From an uncultured delta proteobacterium (lineage in GTDB: Bacteria > Desulfobacterota > Binatia > Binatales > Binataceae): DNA of 64,000 nucleotides. Numbering within the stretch: position 1 is the stretch's first letter; each line of letters begins with the position of its first letter. A program made the position numbers and the translations under genes. Below, piece by piece: positions 29,759 through 38,894 of this stretch. Under the pieces are notes generated by a model. The model saw only the letters and a program-made list of their open reading frames with translations, had not been told where the DNA came from and did not search any database. The DNA lies in contig CAVWKW010000003.1 in NCBI GenBank assembly GCA_963755705.1, positions 836,067 to 900,066 of the forward strand, written 5' to 3'.

Positions 29759-31552
29759 TCAGATCCGTTTCCTGCGTGTGCTCGCCGCTGCGGGACCAAG
29801 CGCGATCACCTGCGATCGCCGCGCTGGCTTCACCAGCGCGGGCAGATTGACGCGCGGGATGAAACCTTCCTGCCGGACTTGGGGCGCGAGATAGTCGAAG
29901 CGCACGAACGAGCGGTGATGACCGGTGACGCAGAGGTAGCCCGACAGCGGCTGGAGCAGCTGCATCTCGGCGGGCATCACCGCCGGTTCCGTCGTTCGCT
30001 GTTCGCGGATACCGAACGAGTATTGCTCCCGATGACTCGCGTTGGCGCTCAGGTGGCCGCGCTCAACCTCGCGCTCGCCGATCTGCGCGCTGCACCACTG
30101 GGCCGTTTCAGGCTCTCCGGTTCTGAGAATCAGCTTGGTGGCGGGCGAGGCGACCAAGGTGGCGGCCTGGTTGACGCCGTAGATGGTCCGCAGTTGCGTA
30201 ATAGCCTGAAAGCCGAGCACGACCGCCAGCCCGCGCTTGCGGCCGCGGACGACCAGATCCTCGAGCTTCGCTTGCCGTCTCAACACCGGAAGCTCGTCTG
30301 CAACGATCCAGACCTGTTCCTGTCTGCGCGGCCCAAGTTCCCGGCTCAGCAGCCGGTGGATGATGCAATCCAGCCAAACGCTCTGCAACTGCAGTGCTGC
30401 GTCTTTGGATTCTTCGGACGAGGTCAGGAACAGCCAGCCCTGTCGCTTCGCCGACCATTCCAATGCGCTCCAACTTCGCGGCGCGTTCTCGGGCAGGAAG
30501 TGAAAGGCCTTGGTCGCGTTGGCGGCGGTGGCGACGATGCCGGCGCCCTGCTCGTGCGCTCCGGGATCGATCAGCGCTTCGGCTGGCGTCCCGATAAGCG
30601 CCCGTCTGAGTTCGGCGCGCGGCAGCGTGAGCAGGCGCGGGATCGACGACGCTTCCCTGGGCTCGGCTATTCGGAAGATGCTGGTCAGCAGCGTCCGGCT
30701 GCTCTGACGGAAAAAGAAGCTCGCCCCGCCCTCGTGATACGCGTCCGGTGGGTCAGGGAGGAGCGAGGCGGCCAGCGCCTCGCAGTCGGCGTCGTGACTT
30801 TCATCGCGAAGCTCGCGCCACGGTGACCAGCGCGGGCAACGGGCATCGAGCGGATTGAGGATGAAGTCGCCGCGCCCGGGTTGATAGAACTCGGAGACGA
30901 ACTCGCACTCCGGGTCAACCACGACCGCGGTTTCACCGCGCTCCTCTATCTGCCGAAGCAGCGAACGTATGGCGACCGACTTGCCGGACCCAGTCGAGCC
31001 GGTGACGAGAAAGTGTTGGCACTCAAGCGCGCGCGGTATGCGAACGCCGGCGAGCCGAATGCCAGCGCGGCCGACCAGCTTGCGGGCGAGTTTGCGTGCT
31101 GGAACCAGAGTGATGCCGCGAATATGTCTGGCTTCGCAAGGAGCGCTGCGCACAAAGAGAATTGTCACGGCGGCGGCTTCGATCAGACCGGTCAGCGCCG
31201 CTCCCCATGGTGCGTAGTGCCAGTACCACGCAGCGAATGAGCCGCCGAGATAATACTTGTAATTGAGAAAGGCGTACATGCTGGCGATGGTGTAGCGCCC
31301 GCCGCGATAGAGGAGCGATGCGAAGGTCAGCGGAATCTCCTGGGTCAGGAACCACGCCAGAAACCAGCGGATGAAGTAGCGATGTGCGGCCGGACCGCCG
31401 TAATGCCCGCTCCAGTGCCAGACCAGGCAGATGGTCATCTCGATCCAGAGCGCCGCGGTCAGGAGGACGTAACGCAGCGCCTCTCTGAGTCTGAACTCCA
31501 GCGAAGCATAAAGGGCGTGTTCGTGGATTGCCTGACGAATGATGGGCGTCAT
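29759..31552 (-). CDS. type IV coupling protein (TrwB/TraD-like)
   Basis: N-terminal TM segments, Walker A GSTGSGKS, VVVDP..EF, Walker B IVADELP, LGFQ...QL..IYG. Confidence 0.9.
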   Translation of the reverse strand: MTPIIRQAIHEHALYASLEFRLREALRYVLLTAALWIEMTICLVWHWSGHYGGPAAHRYFIRWFLAWFLTQEIPLTFASLLYRGGRYTIASMYAFLNYKYYLGGSFAAWYWHYAPWGAALTGLIEAAAVTILFVRSAPCEARHIRGITLVPARKLARKLVGRAGIRLAGVRIPRALECQHFLVTGSTGSGKSVAIRSLLRQIEERGETAVVVDPECEFVSEFYQPGRGDFILNPLDARCPRWSPWRELRDESHDADCEALAASLLPDPPDAYHEGGASFFFRQSSRTLLTSIFRIAEPREASSIPRLLTLPRAELRRALIGTPAEALIDPGAHEQGAGIVATAANATKAFHFLPENAPRSWSALEWSAKRQGWLFLTSSEESKDAALQLQSVWLDCIIHRLLSRELGPRRQEQVWIVADELPVLRRQAKLEDLVVRGRKRGLAVVLGFQAITQLRTIYGVNQAATLVASPATKLILRTGEPETAQWCSAQIGEREVERGHLSANASHREQYSFGIREQRTTEPAVMPAEMQLLQPLSGYLCVTGHHRSFVRFDYLAPQVRQEGFIPRVNLPALVKPARRSQVIALGPAAASTRRKRI

Positions 31553-31893
31553 GACGGTATCTCCTTGCTCTTCAGCACCTGTGCGACGTGCTCCTTGGCG
31601 GTCTGTTCGGCGGAGTCGATGATCTCGTCGACCACCTCCGCTCCCAGCGTGTGGTCCAGCGAATGCAAGATGACGGAGCGGGTCTTGGCGACCTCGAAGA
31701 TGAGCTGCGCGTACTCATCCAAGGATTGGATTTTTGTCTGAGGCTCCATCGCTGACGGAGCGGCGCCGAGGTAGCGCGCAGCGAGAATTTTGCGAATCAG
31801 ATCGCTTTCGGTCACGCTTCGGCGGCGCGCTTCGGCCGCAAGCTGATCGGCGATTTCTTCCGGGACTCGGGTTGAGATCGATCGGGAGTTCAT
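31549..31893 (-). CDS. ribbon-helix-helix relaxosome accessory protein (TrwA-like position)
   Basis: SISTRVPEEIADQLAAEARRRSVTESDLIRKIL; first gene of an RHH-T4CP-relaxase operon. Confidence 0.75.
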   Translation of the reverse strand: MNSRSISTRVPEEIADQLAAEARRRSVTESDLIRKILAARYLGAAPSAMEPQTKIQSLDEYAQLIFEVAKTRSVILHSLDHTLGAEVVDEIIDSAEQTAKEHVAQVLKSKEIPS

Positions 31894-32069
31894 GTGTGGT
31901 TCTCCAAAGTCTGCTGTAGACGGGTGTTTACACTGATTTGGCGAGGACTTAGACCGCTTCGCACCTCTTCCTGTAGACAGCGTCTACCCAATGTTTTCGG
32001 GTACTTGCACGAATCGCGTTCATCCAGGCGATGAGTGACGTGTCAATTCCCAAACACGTGCGAAGCACG
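31894..32069. other. candidate oriT
   Basis: Intergenic region upstream of RHH-T4CP-relaxase; CTGTAGAC repeated at 31914 and 31971; hairpin GTAGAC-agc-GTCTAC at 31973-31987. Confidence 0.45.
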
Positions 32070-32369
32070 TCAGCCGACCTTCCGCTGATGGCAATCACGA
32101 TTCGCCCTTGGCGCTGCCGTTGGATGAAGACTGGAGCGGAGACACGGCGTGACTGGCTGTTCAGGAGAGCGCGCCCACAAATGGAACTCACGATCAGCTT
32201 GGCCGAAGGCACTGAGAATCTCCGGAATCAGCGCCTTCAAGTCCACAGCGTTGCCGTGAACGTGCTCGTAGTAGCGCGCGTAACTTTCGAGGTCGGCATT
32301 CAGATCGCCGGCTAGCTTCACGCGTACCTGCAGGAAACGAAGCGGCTTTGCGATGCGTGCGAGTTTCAT
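32070..32369 (-). CDS. DUF2274-like protein
   Basis: MKL…V.L..DL.ADL..YA……V….LIP.IL..F…DREF pattern; SD GGAGGT. Confidence 0.65.
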   Translation of the reverse strand: MKLARIAKPLRFLQVRVKLAGDLNADLESYARYYEHVHGNAVDLKALIPEILSAFGQADREFHLWARSPEQPVTPCLRSSLHPTAAPRANRDCHQRKVG

Positions 32370-32406
32370 ATCGGACCTCCACCAATGCATACTTGGAAAC
32401 GACTGC

Positions 32407-32745
32407 TCAGAAGGGCGCGAGGTAAGTCAGCAAATGGACGGCGATCAGGGCGGCCCAAGCCGCTACTCCGCCAGCCAGCAGGCGCCCTGCTCGTGGGTAG
32501 CTGCCGATCGCGTACAGGATCACTGACAAGGCGAAGTTCAGCATTATTACGGCGTGAGCGACGGGACCTACCAGCATGTCCTGAATCGCGCCCAGCGTCT
32601 GATCCCACGGCATGGCATCAGCGTATTGCGCGGCCCGCGACGGCTGGGCTCGTAGCGCGAACAGGGCGGCGGCGCAGGCGGCGATGAGCCATCTGAGGTT
32701 CAATTTCGGCGCATGGTTTACCGCGGTTGGAGTCATGGGCAACAT
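32407..32745 (-). CDS. TrbC/VirB2-family pilin
   Basis: Signal peptide, then MPWDQTLGAIQDMLVGPVAHAV (TrbC motif) and two hydrophobic helices. Confidence 0.75.
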   Translation of the reverse strand: MLPMTPTAVNHAPKLNLRWLIAACAAALFALRAQPSRAAQYADAMPWDQTLGAIQDMLVGPVAHAVIMLNFALSVILYAIGSYPRAGRLLAGGVAAWAALIAVHLLTYLAPF

Positions 32746-32770
32746 CCGTTCTTGGCTAGGTGACTACTTC

Positions 32771-32819
32771 GCTATGTAGCGAGATATCGGACGAATGTCA
32801 AGCACAAGGATCCGTCCGA
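32771..32819 (-). promoter_or_regulatory. candidate promoter/operator of the pilin-mob unit
   Basis: Minus-strand TTGACA (32796-32801) lies within TCGGACG-N19-CGTCCGA; GCTATGTAGC (32771-32780) lies at the expected -10 position. Confidence 0.6.
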
Positions 32820-32847
32820 ATGAAACGGCCGGGGGCTTGTTGGCGGG

Positions 32848-33513
32848 CTACTCGGTCAGATAGCCGAGCTGGGAGAGCCGCACAGTGGCGGCCTCGACGG
32901 ATACATCGAACGCAAGCGAAATACGCTGGCAGAGCGCTGACGCTTCTGGCGAGCCCTTGGCAACCGGCAGCCGCTCAGAGCGATTCTGCAAATACGCCGC
33001 GACCGCGCGCCGCGCGAAGCTCTCCGGCATCAACAGCGCGCCACCGGCGTAGCCTGCCTGCCATTCCGCCCAGTCAACCACGCGGCTGGTCGGAAGCAAG
33101 TCCTTCCAGTAACAGCGCTGCGGACTGTCAGACACCGCATACTGATCATACAGCCACGTGTGCAGCATCACGTGGCCATATTCGTGGGCCAGTGTCATGC
33201 GCAGGCGATTGCTGCGAGTTCGCTGTTCCCAGAGTTCCCGCGCGATCTTGACGATCGGCTTCCCGCCCCGGTGGAAGAGGGTCACGCCGAAGGTCTGGTA
33301 GGTGTCATCGGACAGGTCCGCAGCAATGTCGAAGTCGGCAGCGTCGCGCTCGATAAGCAGGGTGAAGGCTTCGGTTGGGACTGGAATCCGGTCAAACCCG
33401 TAGCGCTCGCGCAGGAAGGTAGTGATGGTCTGCTCGCTGCGCTCATCCAATTCTGATGACTCCCAGAATGGACGCTTGCGGAAACGCCCGGTCCTGTCCG
33501 GTATCATCTTCAC
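32848..33513 (-). CDS. ImmA/IrrE-family metallopeptidase
   Basis: RLRMTLAHEYGH (HExxH), EWQA..AGG.LLMP, F.VS.EAA..RL. Confidence 0.88.
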   Translation of the reverse strand: MKMIPDRTGRFRKRPFWESSELDERSEQTITTFLRERYGFDRIPVPTEAFTLLIERDAADFDIAADLSDDTYQTFGVTLFHRGGKPIVKIARELWEQRTRSNRLRMTLAHEYGHVMLHTWLYDQYAVSDSPQRCYWKDLLPTSRVVDWAEWQAGYAGGALLMPESFARRAVAAYLQNRSERLPVAKGSPEASALCQRISLAFDVSVEAATVRLSQLGYLTE

Positions 33514-33833
33514 GGTCTTTTCTTGCGCTTTACTTCCCGCCGAAACGCCTTCCAGCCTGCGGCGAGTTCCTGCGCACTGTTAACGGTCGTTGCGCTGAGG
33601 TCGGCGGGAAACCGCCCTGCCAAAAAGTAGAGCACATCCGAATCGATCTTGAGAACCTTTGCGAGTTGTTCAAGGACTTCGTCGGAAGGCTTGCGCCGAT
33701 CGTGTTCAAGGTCAACCAGGAACGGAATCGAGATCGGTTTGCCATCGGAGTTGCGCACTTCCGCCACCACTTCGCGCCCGGCCAGCCCCAGCTCCTTGCG
33801 CCGCTCAACGATAAACTGCCCCAGTGTTTGCAT
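33510..33833 (-). CDS. XRE-family HTH repressor (ImmR-like)
   Basis: LGQFIVERRKELGL…S..FL.DLEHDRRKPS.EVL..LA.VL; ATGA overlap with immA. Confidence 0.85.
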   Translation of the reverse strand: MQTLGQFIVERRKELGLAGREVVAEVRNSDGKPISIPFLVDLEHDRRKPSDEVLEQLAKVLKIDSDVLYFLAGRFPADLSATTVNSAQELAAGWKAFRREVKRKKRP

Positions 33834-33839
33834 AATTGA

Positions 33840-33849
33840 GCTATGTAGC
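33840..33849. promoter_or_regulatory. operator-like palindrome GCTA-TG-TAGC, 7 nt upstream of the repressor ATG
   Basis: Third copy of the 10-mer. Confidence 0.7.
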
Positions 33850-33969
33850 ATATTTGCAAAAGCGCCGTAAGCCTCTGCTTGGCGCCGCCCGGAGCATGAG
33901 TCAACCGCGCGGCGGCGAGTACCGGACTTTTGCTCAGCAGGCCTCAAGTAATACGGCGGGCTGAAGTAT

Positions 33970-35274
33970 CTATCTTCCGAATAGTTCGTTATCGATGACG
34001 CCGGTGTTGAGCTTTTGTGTGCCCGGATCAAGACGCATCGTGAGGAGCAAGTCCGTCCGATCGCCCGGGACGAAAAACTCGTTGGCGAGTTCCATCTCGT
34101 TTCCACCGCCATCGGGCATAGTTCGTACGCTCCAAAGGGGCACTGCGGAATCTTCGAATCCGGGATGCTCTAGATCATAGCCGAGCAGGACGAACGTCTC
34201 GCTGTCAATGTAAATGCGCGCGCGGAGCGGCCGAACCGAGATGAGGCCTAATAAAGAGGATGCCTGTAATTGGACGGGGCTGGCCTCCATGACGTAGGCA
34301 GAGCGCAACTCGAAATTCTCTTGGCCCAGTTCGATCCGATGTCCCGAGCGGATTATCCCCGCCGGCTTCGTTTCGGCATGCAGGCAGGCAAGAACGGATT
34401 GAACTCCGAGTAAGCGAAACTTGTACGCCATCGGTGGCGGAGAAACGTATTCCCACCAGAACTGAGTACATCCGTAGGTACACTGATCTGAGGCGTATAC
34501 CAAGCCGAAAAATGAATTGGACCCGCCTCCGAAGATCCACCAGAGTGCATCACCCCATGAAATATATCCGATCGAACTGCCTGAAACGTCCCACTCGCCG
34601 GGATCCTCAAGGTCGCTCCATGCGATCGAATAGTCCCTGGAGCGGCCGCACTTCATGCCGCGAACTCTCCACTCGAAGGGAATCTTCACGGAGACTCTTG
34701 GAATCGGCTCGACTTTGCTGCGATGCGCGTAGCGTATGAAGATGAGCGTATTGCACGGTCCCTCCGACCGGAAGTCGTCATCATCGTCGCGAGGTATCAG
34801 AGCATTCGACTCGGCGTTGACCGCATAGGCTTGTGAGCGGTTTGAACTAAACAGCATTACGTCATCGGGCACAAACGGACCCCAATGCCAGTTGTACGCC
34901 ACCTTCATCGCTGCGTTCGGATCGTTGACATCAACCAGCGGAAAAGGAAAGCCTGCGACGTAATTATGCACCTCATTCCCGTTGACTAGACGCACTTGAC
35001 CCGAGTACTGCTCGGTAAGTTTTCGAAAGCGAGGCGGCCAGTCAATACGCTCGGTCGGCACGACTGTGGCCCTGAGTCCGTGAGCAATCGCAAATTTCAG
35101 CGCGGCGGGAAGATATTTCGCATACAGGTCAAGGTTGTTGCGATCGACAATTGTGCCGACGCGAGGCGGTTCGGGCGCGTTCGATTGGTAAGGCGTCCCG
35201 GCGCATGCGTTGCGCGCCACGCAGGCCAGCAGAAGCGCGATGGCAACGCCGATGCTCGCACGATTGTGCCCCAT
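33970..35274 (-). CDS. DUF1329-family exported protein (possible lipoprotein)
   Basis: GTIVD..N...Y..YLP…TEQYSGQV…NYVAGFPFP.…DP.AA.K.AYNW matches my recall of DUF1329; signal peptide contains LLLAC. Confidence 0.7.
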   Translation of the reverse strand: MGHNRASIGVAIALLLACVARNACAGTPYQSNAPEPPRVGTIVDRNNLDLYAKYLPAALKFAIAHGLRATVVPTERIDWPPRFRKLTEQYSGQVRLVNGNEVHNYVAGFPFPLVDVNDPNAAMKVAYNWHWGPFVPDDVMLFSSNRSQAYAVNAESNALIPRDDDDDFRSEGPCNTLIFIRYAHRSKVEPIPRVSVKIPFEWRVRGMKCGRSRDYSIAWSDLEDPGEWDVSGSSIGYISWGDALWWIFGGGSNSFFGLVYASDQCTYGCTQFWWEYVSPPPMAYKFRLLGVQSVLACLHAETKPAGIIRSGHRIELGQENFELRSAYVMEASPVQLQASSLLGLISVRPLRARIYIDSETFVLLGYDLEHPGFEDSAVPLWSVRTMPDGGGNEMELANEFFVPGDRTDLLLTMRLDPGTQKLNTGVIDNELFGR

Positions 35275-35411
35275 TCGCTATTCTCCGTTCACGCCGGTCT
35301 TGCACGAAGGCGTGGCCTCAAAGCCCGGCAATACAGGGCGCGCCGATGTCTCGCGATCTAGATACCATATACCATGAGAGCGGCTCCCAAGAGGATCAAC
35401 CGGATGGAACT

Positions 35412-38400
35412 TCAAGGAGACGGTGCTACAGGCACGCAAGGCCACGACCCACCGCCGAACCATGAACAGAAGGAGCCCGATGAAAGGGTCAAGGTATCTT
35501 CGGGCGACCCGCACGTATTAGTGCATGGATTTCCGGATCCAAGGGCCGTTGGCATCGAACCCACCACCAATCTCTGCGTTGTTTGAGGTGTCGGTGTCGT
35601 GATGTCAGCCGTATCCAGATTCACCGGGAGCCCGCCATACTGGGCGAGACCTCCAAGACCATAAAGCGATACATTCCGCTGCGCCATCAGCTCTGAACTA
35701 ACATAGAGAGAAAATGTTAAGCCGCCGCCAATGGTAAAGCTTCCTCCTCCCTTGCCGTTCCCCTTTCCCTTCATCCCGAACTGCCCTGACGGTGGGGCAG
35801 GGCCACCCCCACCACCACCGCCGCCGCCACAGCCGGCGCTGAATAGTCCTAGCGGATCGGAGAAGTTGGTGGGGCTGTCGAAGGAGTAGGCGAAAAGATT
35901 GGCTTGGCCGCCGACGAAGCCGATCGGATCGGGTGAGAGGAAGCGCCCGAGGAGCGGATTGTAGTAGCGCGCGCGAAGATCGTAGAGCCCGCTGGGATCG
36001 GATTCGCGCCCGAGATATTGAAATGGATTCGCCACCGTCGGTCCGCCCATTGCTGGCGACGCTCCATACGGACCGTATTGGTATTGAACGGCGAACGCGC
36101 CGCTGGAATTCACCAGCCCCGCGACCGATCCGGGCGCCTCGGCGAGCATCGCGTAGATCTGGCCCGATTCGGAGAGTGAAAAATACCCGTCGAGGTTAAG
36201 CCCCGGTATCATATCCACCGTGCCCCCTGAAGTCTCTTGCTGCGCGACGTTGAGACCATCATAGACATACTGGGTGGTCGCACCGTTGTTCAGCAGCCCG
36301 ACACGGCGTCCCTCGGCATCATAGGTGAAGCTGCTTTGCACGCCACTTGTCGTCGAGGCGAGTTGATTGCGTTCGTTCCATGCATAGGTTGCGGATAGCG
36401 ACGGATCGAACGTCAGGTTGCCATTCCCGTCGGTCGTCGCTGGAGTGGTGTTCCAAGTGGCGAGCTGATTGCCGGCATCGTAGGTCGCCGTCATAGCGTA
36501 GGGCATATTGACAGTAGCCAGCGTCCCACCGAAGCTGTTTACTCGTCCATCCTGATCGTAACCATAGGTCAGGTTGCCCAGGTTGCCGCCGCCGGTACTG
36601 CTGTAGTTGATCGAGGTCGGATGCGAATCCGCATCGTAGCCGTAGCTGATCGTGACACTATTGGGCTGAGTGATGGTCTCCGGCCTTCCGTCAGCATCGT
36701 ACACGAAGCCAACCGCCTGCGTTCCGCGAGTCTCCGAAATGAGGTTGTCGTCATTATCATAGCTGTAGGCCGTCTGTGCCTGATTGCTCGCAGTCATCGT
36801 TTGGCGCCGCTGCGCGAGATCATAGGTATAGCTGACACCTGCATTGAGGGTCGCGGACACATACGAGGTAGTCAACGGATCATCGAGCCCGTCGTAGGTC
36901 GCCGTCAGCGTGTCGCCCGCGCTGCCGGTGCCGCTGTCGTGAGCGCTGGTCAAGCGATTTCCACCGTCGTAAACGTAAGCGGTCTGGGTCTGATTATATC
37001 CCGCTGTTTTGCTGGTATTATATTGCGCGGTGATCAAGCGGCTAAGCCCGTCGTAGGTGAACTGATCGGTCAACGAGCGACCATCGGTTATACTGGTAAC
37101 GTTTCCGAGTGGGTCCATATCAGCCGTTTCACACCGATTGGCGCCATCGCAGCGCTGGACCGTATTATACTGGTAGTTGCGGCTGTAGATTAATTGATGG
37201 CCGTTCGCGTCAGTGACGGTGACCAGATTTCCCAGCGGGTCGTAAGCGAGTTGTGTAACCGCGCCGGTCGCATCAGTCATTTTGGTCACACGATTCATCG
37301 CGTCGTACACAAACGACGAGGTCTTCTGCAACGCGTCTTCGACCGAGGTCAGGCGACCCACCGTGTCATAGCCGAGAGTGAATACCGCGCTCAGCGGATC
37401 GGTGACCATCTGCAAGTCTCGCGACGAATCGTAGGCAAAGCTGGTCGTGTTCTGGAGCGCATCGGTCAAGGTTAGCATCTGCCCCGCCGAATTATAGGTT
37501 GCCCTCACTGTATTCCCCAGCGGATCGGTTCGGGTCGTCGCGTTGCCGTAGCCATCGATAGAAATGCTGGTTTTGTGGCCGAGCGGATCGGTCACGCTGG
37601 TTAGCTGGCTGAAGCTTGGATCGTACGTGTAAGAAGTGGTCGCTGCCTGCGGTGTCCCGGACAGTTGAGTAATGGAGAGGATGTTTCCGTAGGAACCATA
37701 GACGTAAGTAGTGGTCCGTCCGAGCTGATCGGTAACGGATGTAACCTCACTGGTATTTGCATCAACAACATATTGTGTAACCTGCTGTTCAGGTTCTCCT
37801 TCCGCCTGAGTGTCCTCGGTGATGTAGTCGTTGCCGTTGAAATTCAATTCGCGAACATAATTTCGGGGATCCGTGATTTTAGCCCAAGCAGCAGGGCCGT
37901 TTCCCTGCATCCCAGATGGGTACTGGTAGCTGTAGTTTCCAAGCACTCCAGTCGTTGATGTTAGGCGATGAACGCTGCTGTAGCTGATAGCGCCAGTCGC
38001 CGCGACCTGATATTCCACGATTCCGGTCATATCCGCCTTGGTTCCCGTCCAATCAAAGGTGGTCCACGCGCCATCCGCATTATAGAAAGAAGTCATCTGG
38101 GCGTCTGAATTATAAGCATAAATTACGGTTCGCCCCGCGCTATCGACAGCCTGTGTAATTTGGCCCGGATTGCTCGATTCGGTGTAGTAGAGGTTGATGT
38201 AACGGCCATCGGTATCCGTGATCTCGGTTGGGTTGCCAGACGAATTTCTGACGACATTGACCTGGTTTCCATAGCGATCAGTAATCGAGGCCAGTGCTGC
38301 ACCGTTTGGAAAATAGAAAGTCTCGCCATCCTTGCGGCGCACATTCCACCCCGGTTCCGAAGAATTATACGATACCACGGCAGCGAAGAAGCTCCCGGGA

Positions 38401-38894
38401 TTGTTCGTGCATTGAAACACTGCATCGGTATAGTCGGTACAGTTGTTTTTGCTACAGGATGAGGTCCGGGCACAATTAAACTGCGCCCCGTCGGGCATCA
38501 CGATCTGCATGTTCGTGTAGTTGCCGTTGTTCACGTAGCTCTGTGAGAACAACTGGAGATCATAGTTCGAGGTCATCCCGACCCCGAAATCGAACGTGAT
38601 CGTATTACCGGCGCCGTCCACCTCCTGGGAACGATAGGTGCGCGTGAGCACAAGCGGGATTGGCCCCGGCAGAGTGAGATCGGTCGTCGAGAATTCATAG
38701 TAACCGCGCGCCAGTGCGGTTAGCGGCTCCTCCGGATTAGGTCCGTTGGCGGGAATCATGGCTTCGCCGCCGAAGATGTCGGTCAGGGGTTGGATTGTAG
38801 TCAGTTGCGGCTGAGCCATTCTTGGCCAGATCGCGAAACCGGCCACCAGCAGTAGGATAACCGAGAACCATCGAAAAGGGTGAACGAGCTTCAT
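35412..38894 (-). CDS. Sec-exported Rhs/YD-repeat protein with DUF6531-like N-terminus and Rhs core
   Basis: Signal peptide; TDL.LPGPIPL..TRTY.S; many YD repeats; core YQYLGRE.D.SGLY…ARYY.P.LGRFLSPDPIG…N.FAY…P…SDPLGL. Confidence 0.92.
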   Translation of the reverse strand: MKLVHPFRWFSVILLLVAGFAIWPRMAQPQLTTIQPLTDIFGGEAMIPANGPNPEEPLTALARGYYEFSTTDLTLPGPIPLVLTRTYRSQEVDGAGNTITFDFGVGMTSNYDLQLFSQSYVNNGNYTNMQIVMPDGAQFNCARTSSCSKNNCTDYTDAVFQCTNNPGSFFAAVVSYNSSEPGWNVRRKDGETFYFPNGAALASITDRYGNQVNVVRNSSGNPTEITDTDGRYINLYYTESSNPGQITQAVDSAGRTVIYAYNSDAQMTSFYNADGAWTTFDWTGTKADMTGIVEYQVAATGAISYSSVHRLTSTTGVLGNYSYQYPSGMQGNGPAAWAKITDPRNYVRELNFNGNDYITEDTQAEGEPEQQVTQYVVDANTSEVTSVTDQLGRTTTYVYGSYGNILSITQLSGTPQAATTSYTYDPSFSQLTSVTDPLGHKTSISIDGYGNATTRTDPLGNTVRATYNSAGQMLTLTDALQNTTSFAYDSSRDLQMVTDPLSAVFTLGYDTVGRLTSVEDALQKTSSFVYDAMNRVTKMTDATGAVTQLAYDPLGNLVTVTDANGHQLIYSRNYQYNTVQRCDGANRCETADMDPLGNVTSITDGRSLTDQFTYDGLSRLITAQYNTSKTAGYNQTQTAYVYDGGNRLTSAHDSGTGSAGDTLTATYDGLDDPLTTSYVSATLNAGVSYTYDLAQRRQTMTASNQAQTAYSYDNDDNLISETRGTQAVGFVYDADGRPETITQPNSVTISYGYDADSHPTSINYSSTGGGNLGNLTYGYDQDGRVNSFGGTLATVNMPYAMTATYDAGNQLATWNTTPATTDGNGNLTFDPSLSATYAWNERNQLASTTSGVQSSFTYDAEGRRVGLLNNGATTQYVYDGLNVAQQETSGGTVDMIPGLNLDGYFSLSESGQIYAMLAEAPGSVAGLVNSSGAFAVQYQYGPYGASPAMGGPTVANPFQYLGRESDPSGLYDLRARYYNPLLGRFLSPDPIGFVGGQANLFAYSFDSPTNFSDPLGLFSAGCGGGGGGGGGPAPPSGQFGMKGKGNGKGGGSFTIGGGLTFSLYVSSELMAQRNVSLYGLGGLAQYGGLPVNLDTADITTPTPQTTQRLVVGSMPTALGSGNPCTNTCGSPEDTLTLSSGSFCSWFGGGSWPCVPVAPSP

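Noticed and set aside
33834-34112. N-terminal extension of the XRE repressor in the ORF track (also int 26167-26337 and ctaD 50745-50849)
   Set aside because: These overlap neighbouring genes; downstream starts fit domain boundaries and SD or overlap signals better.
35802-35828. (CCA/CCG)n run as a contingency repeat
   Set aside because: It is mixed Gly codons encoding the Gly9 linker; triplet-based and impure, so it would not phase-shift.
38558-38570. GATCATAGTTCGA inside rhs, matching the arm repeat
   Set aside because: Single copy, mid-gene and far from att; probably chance.
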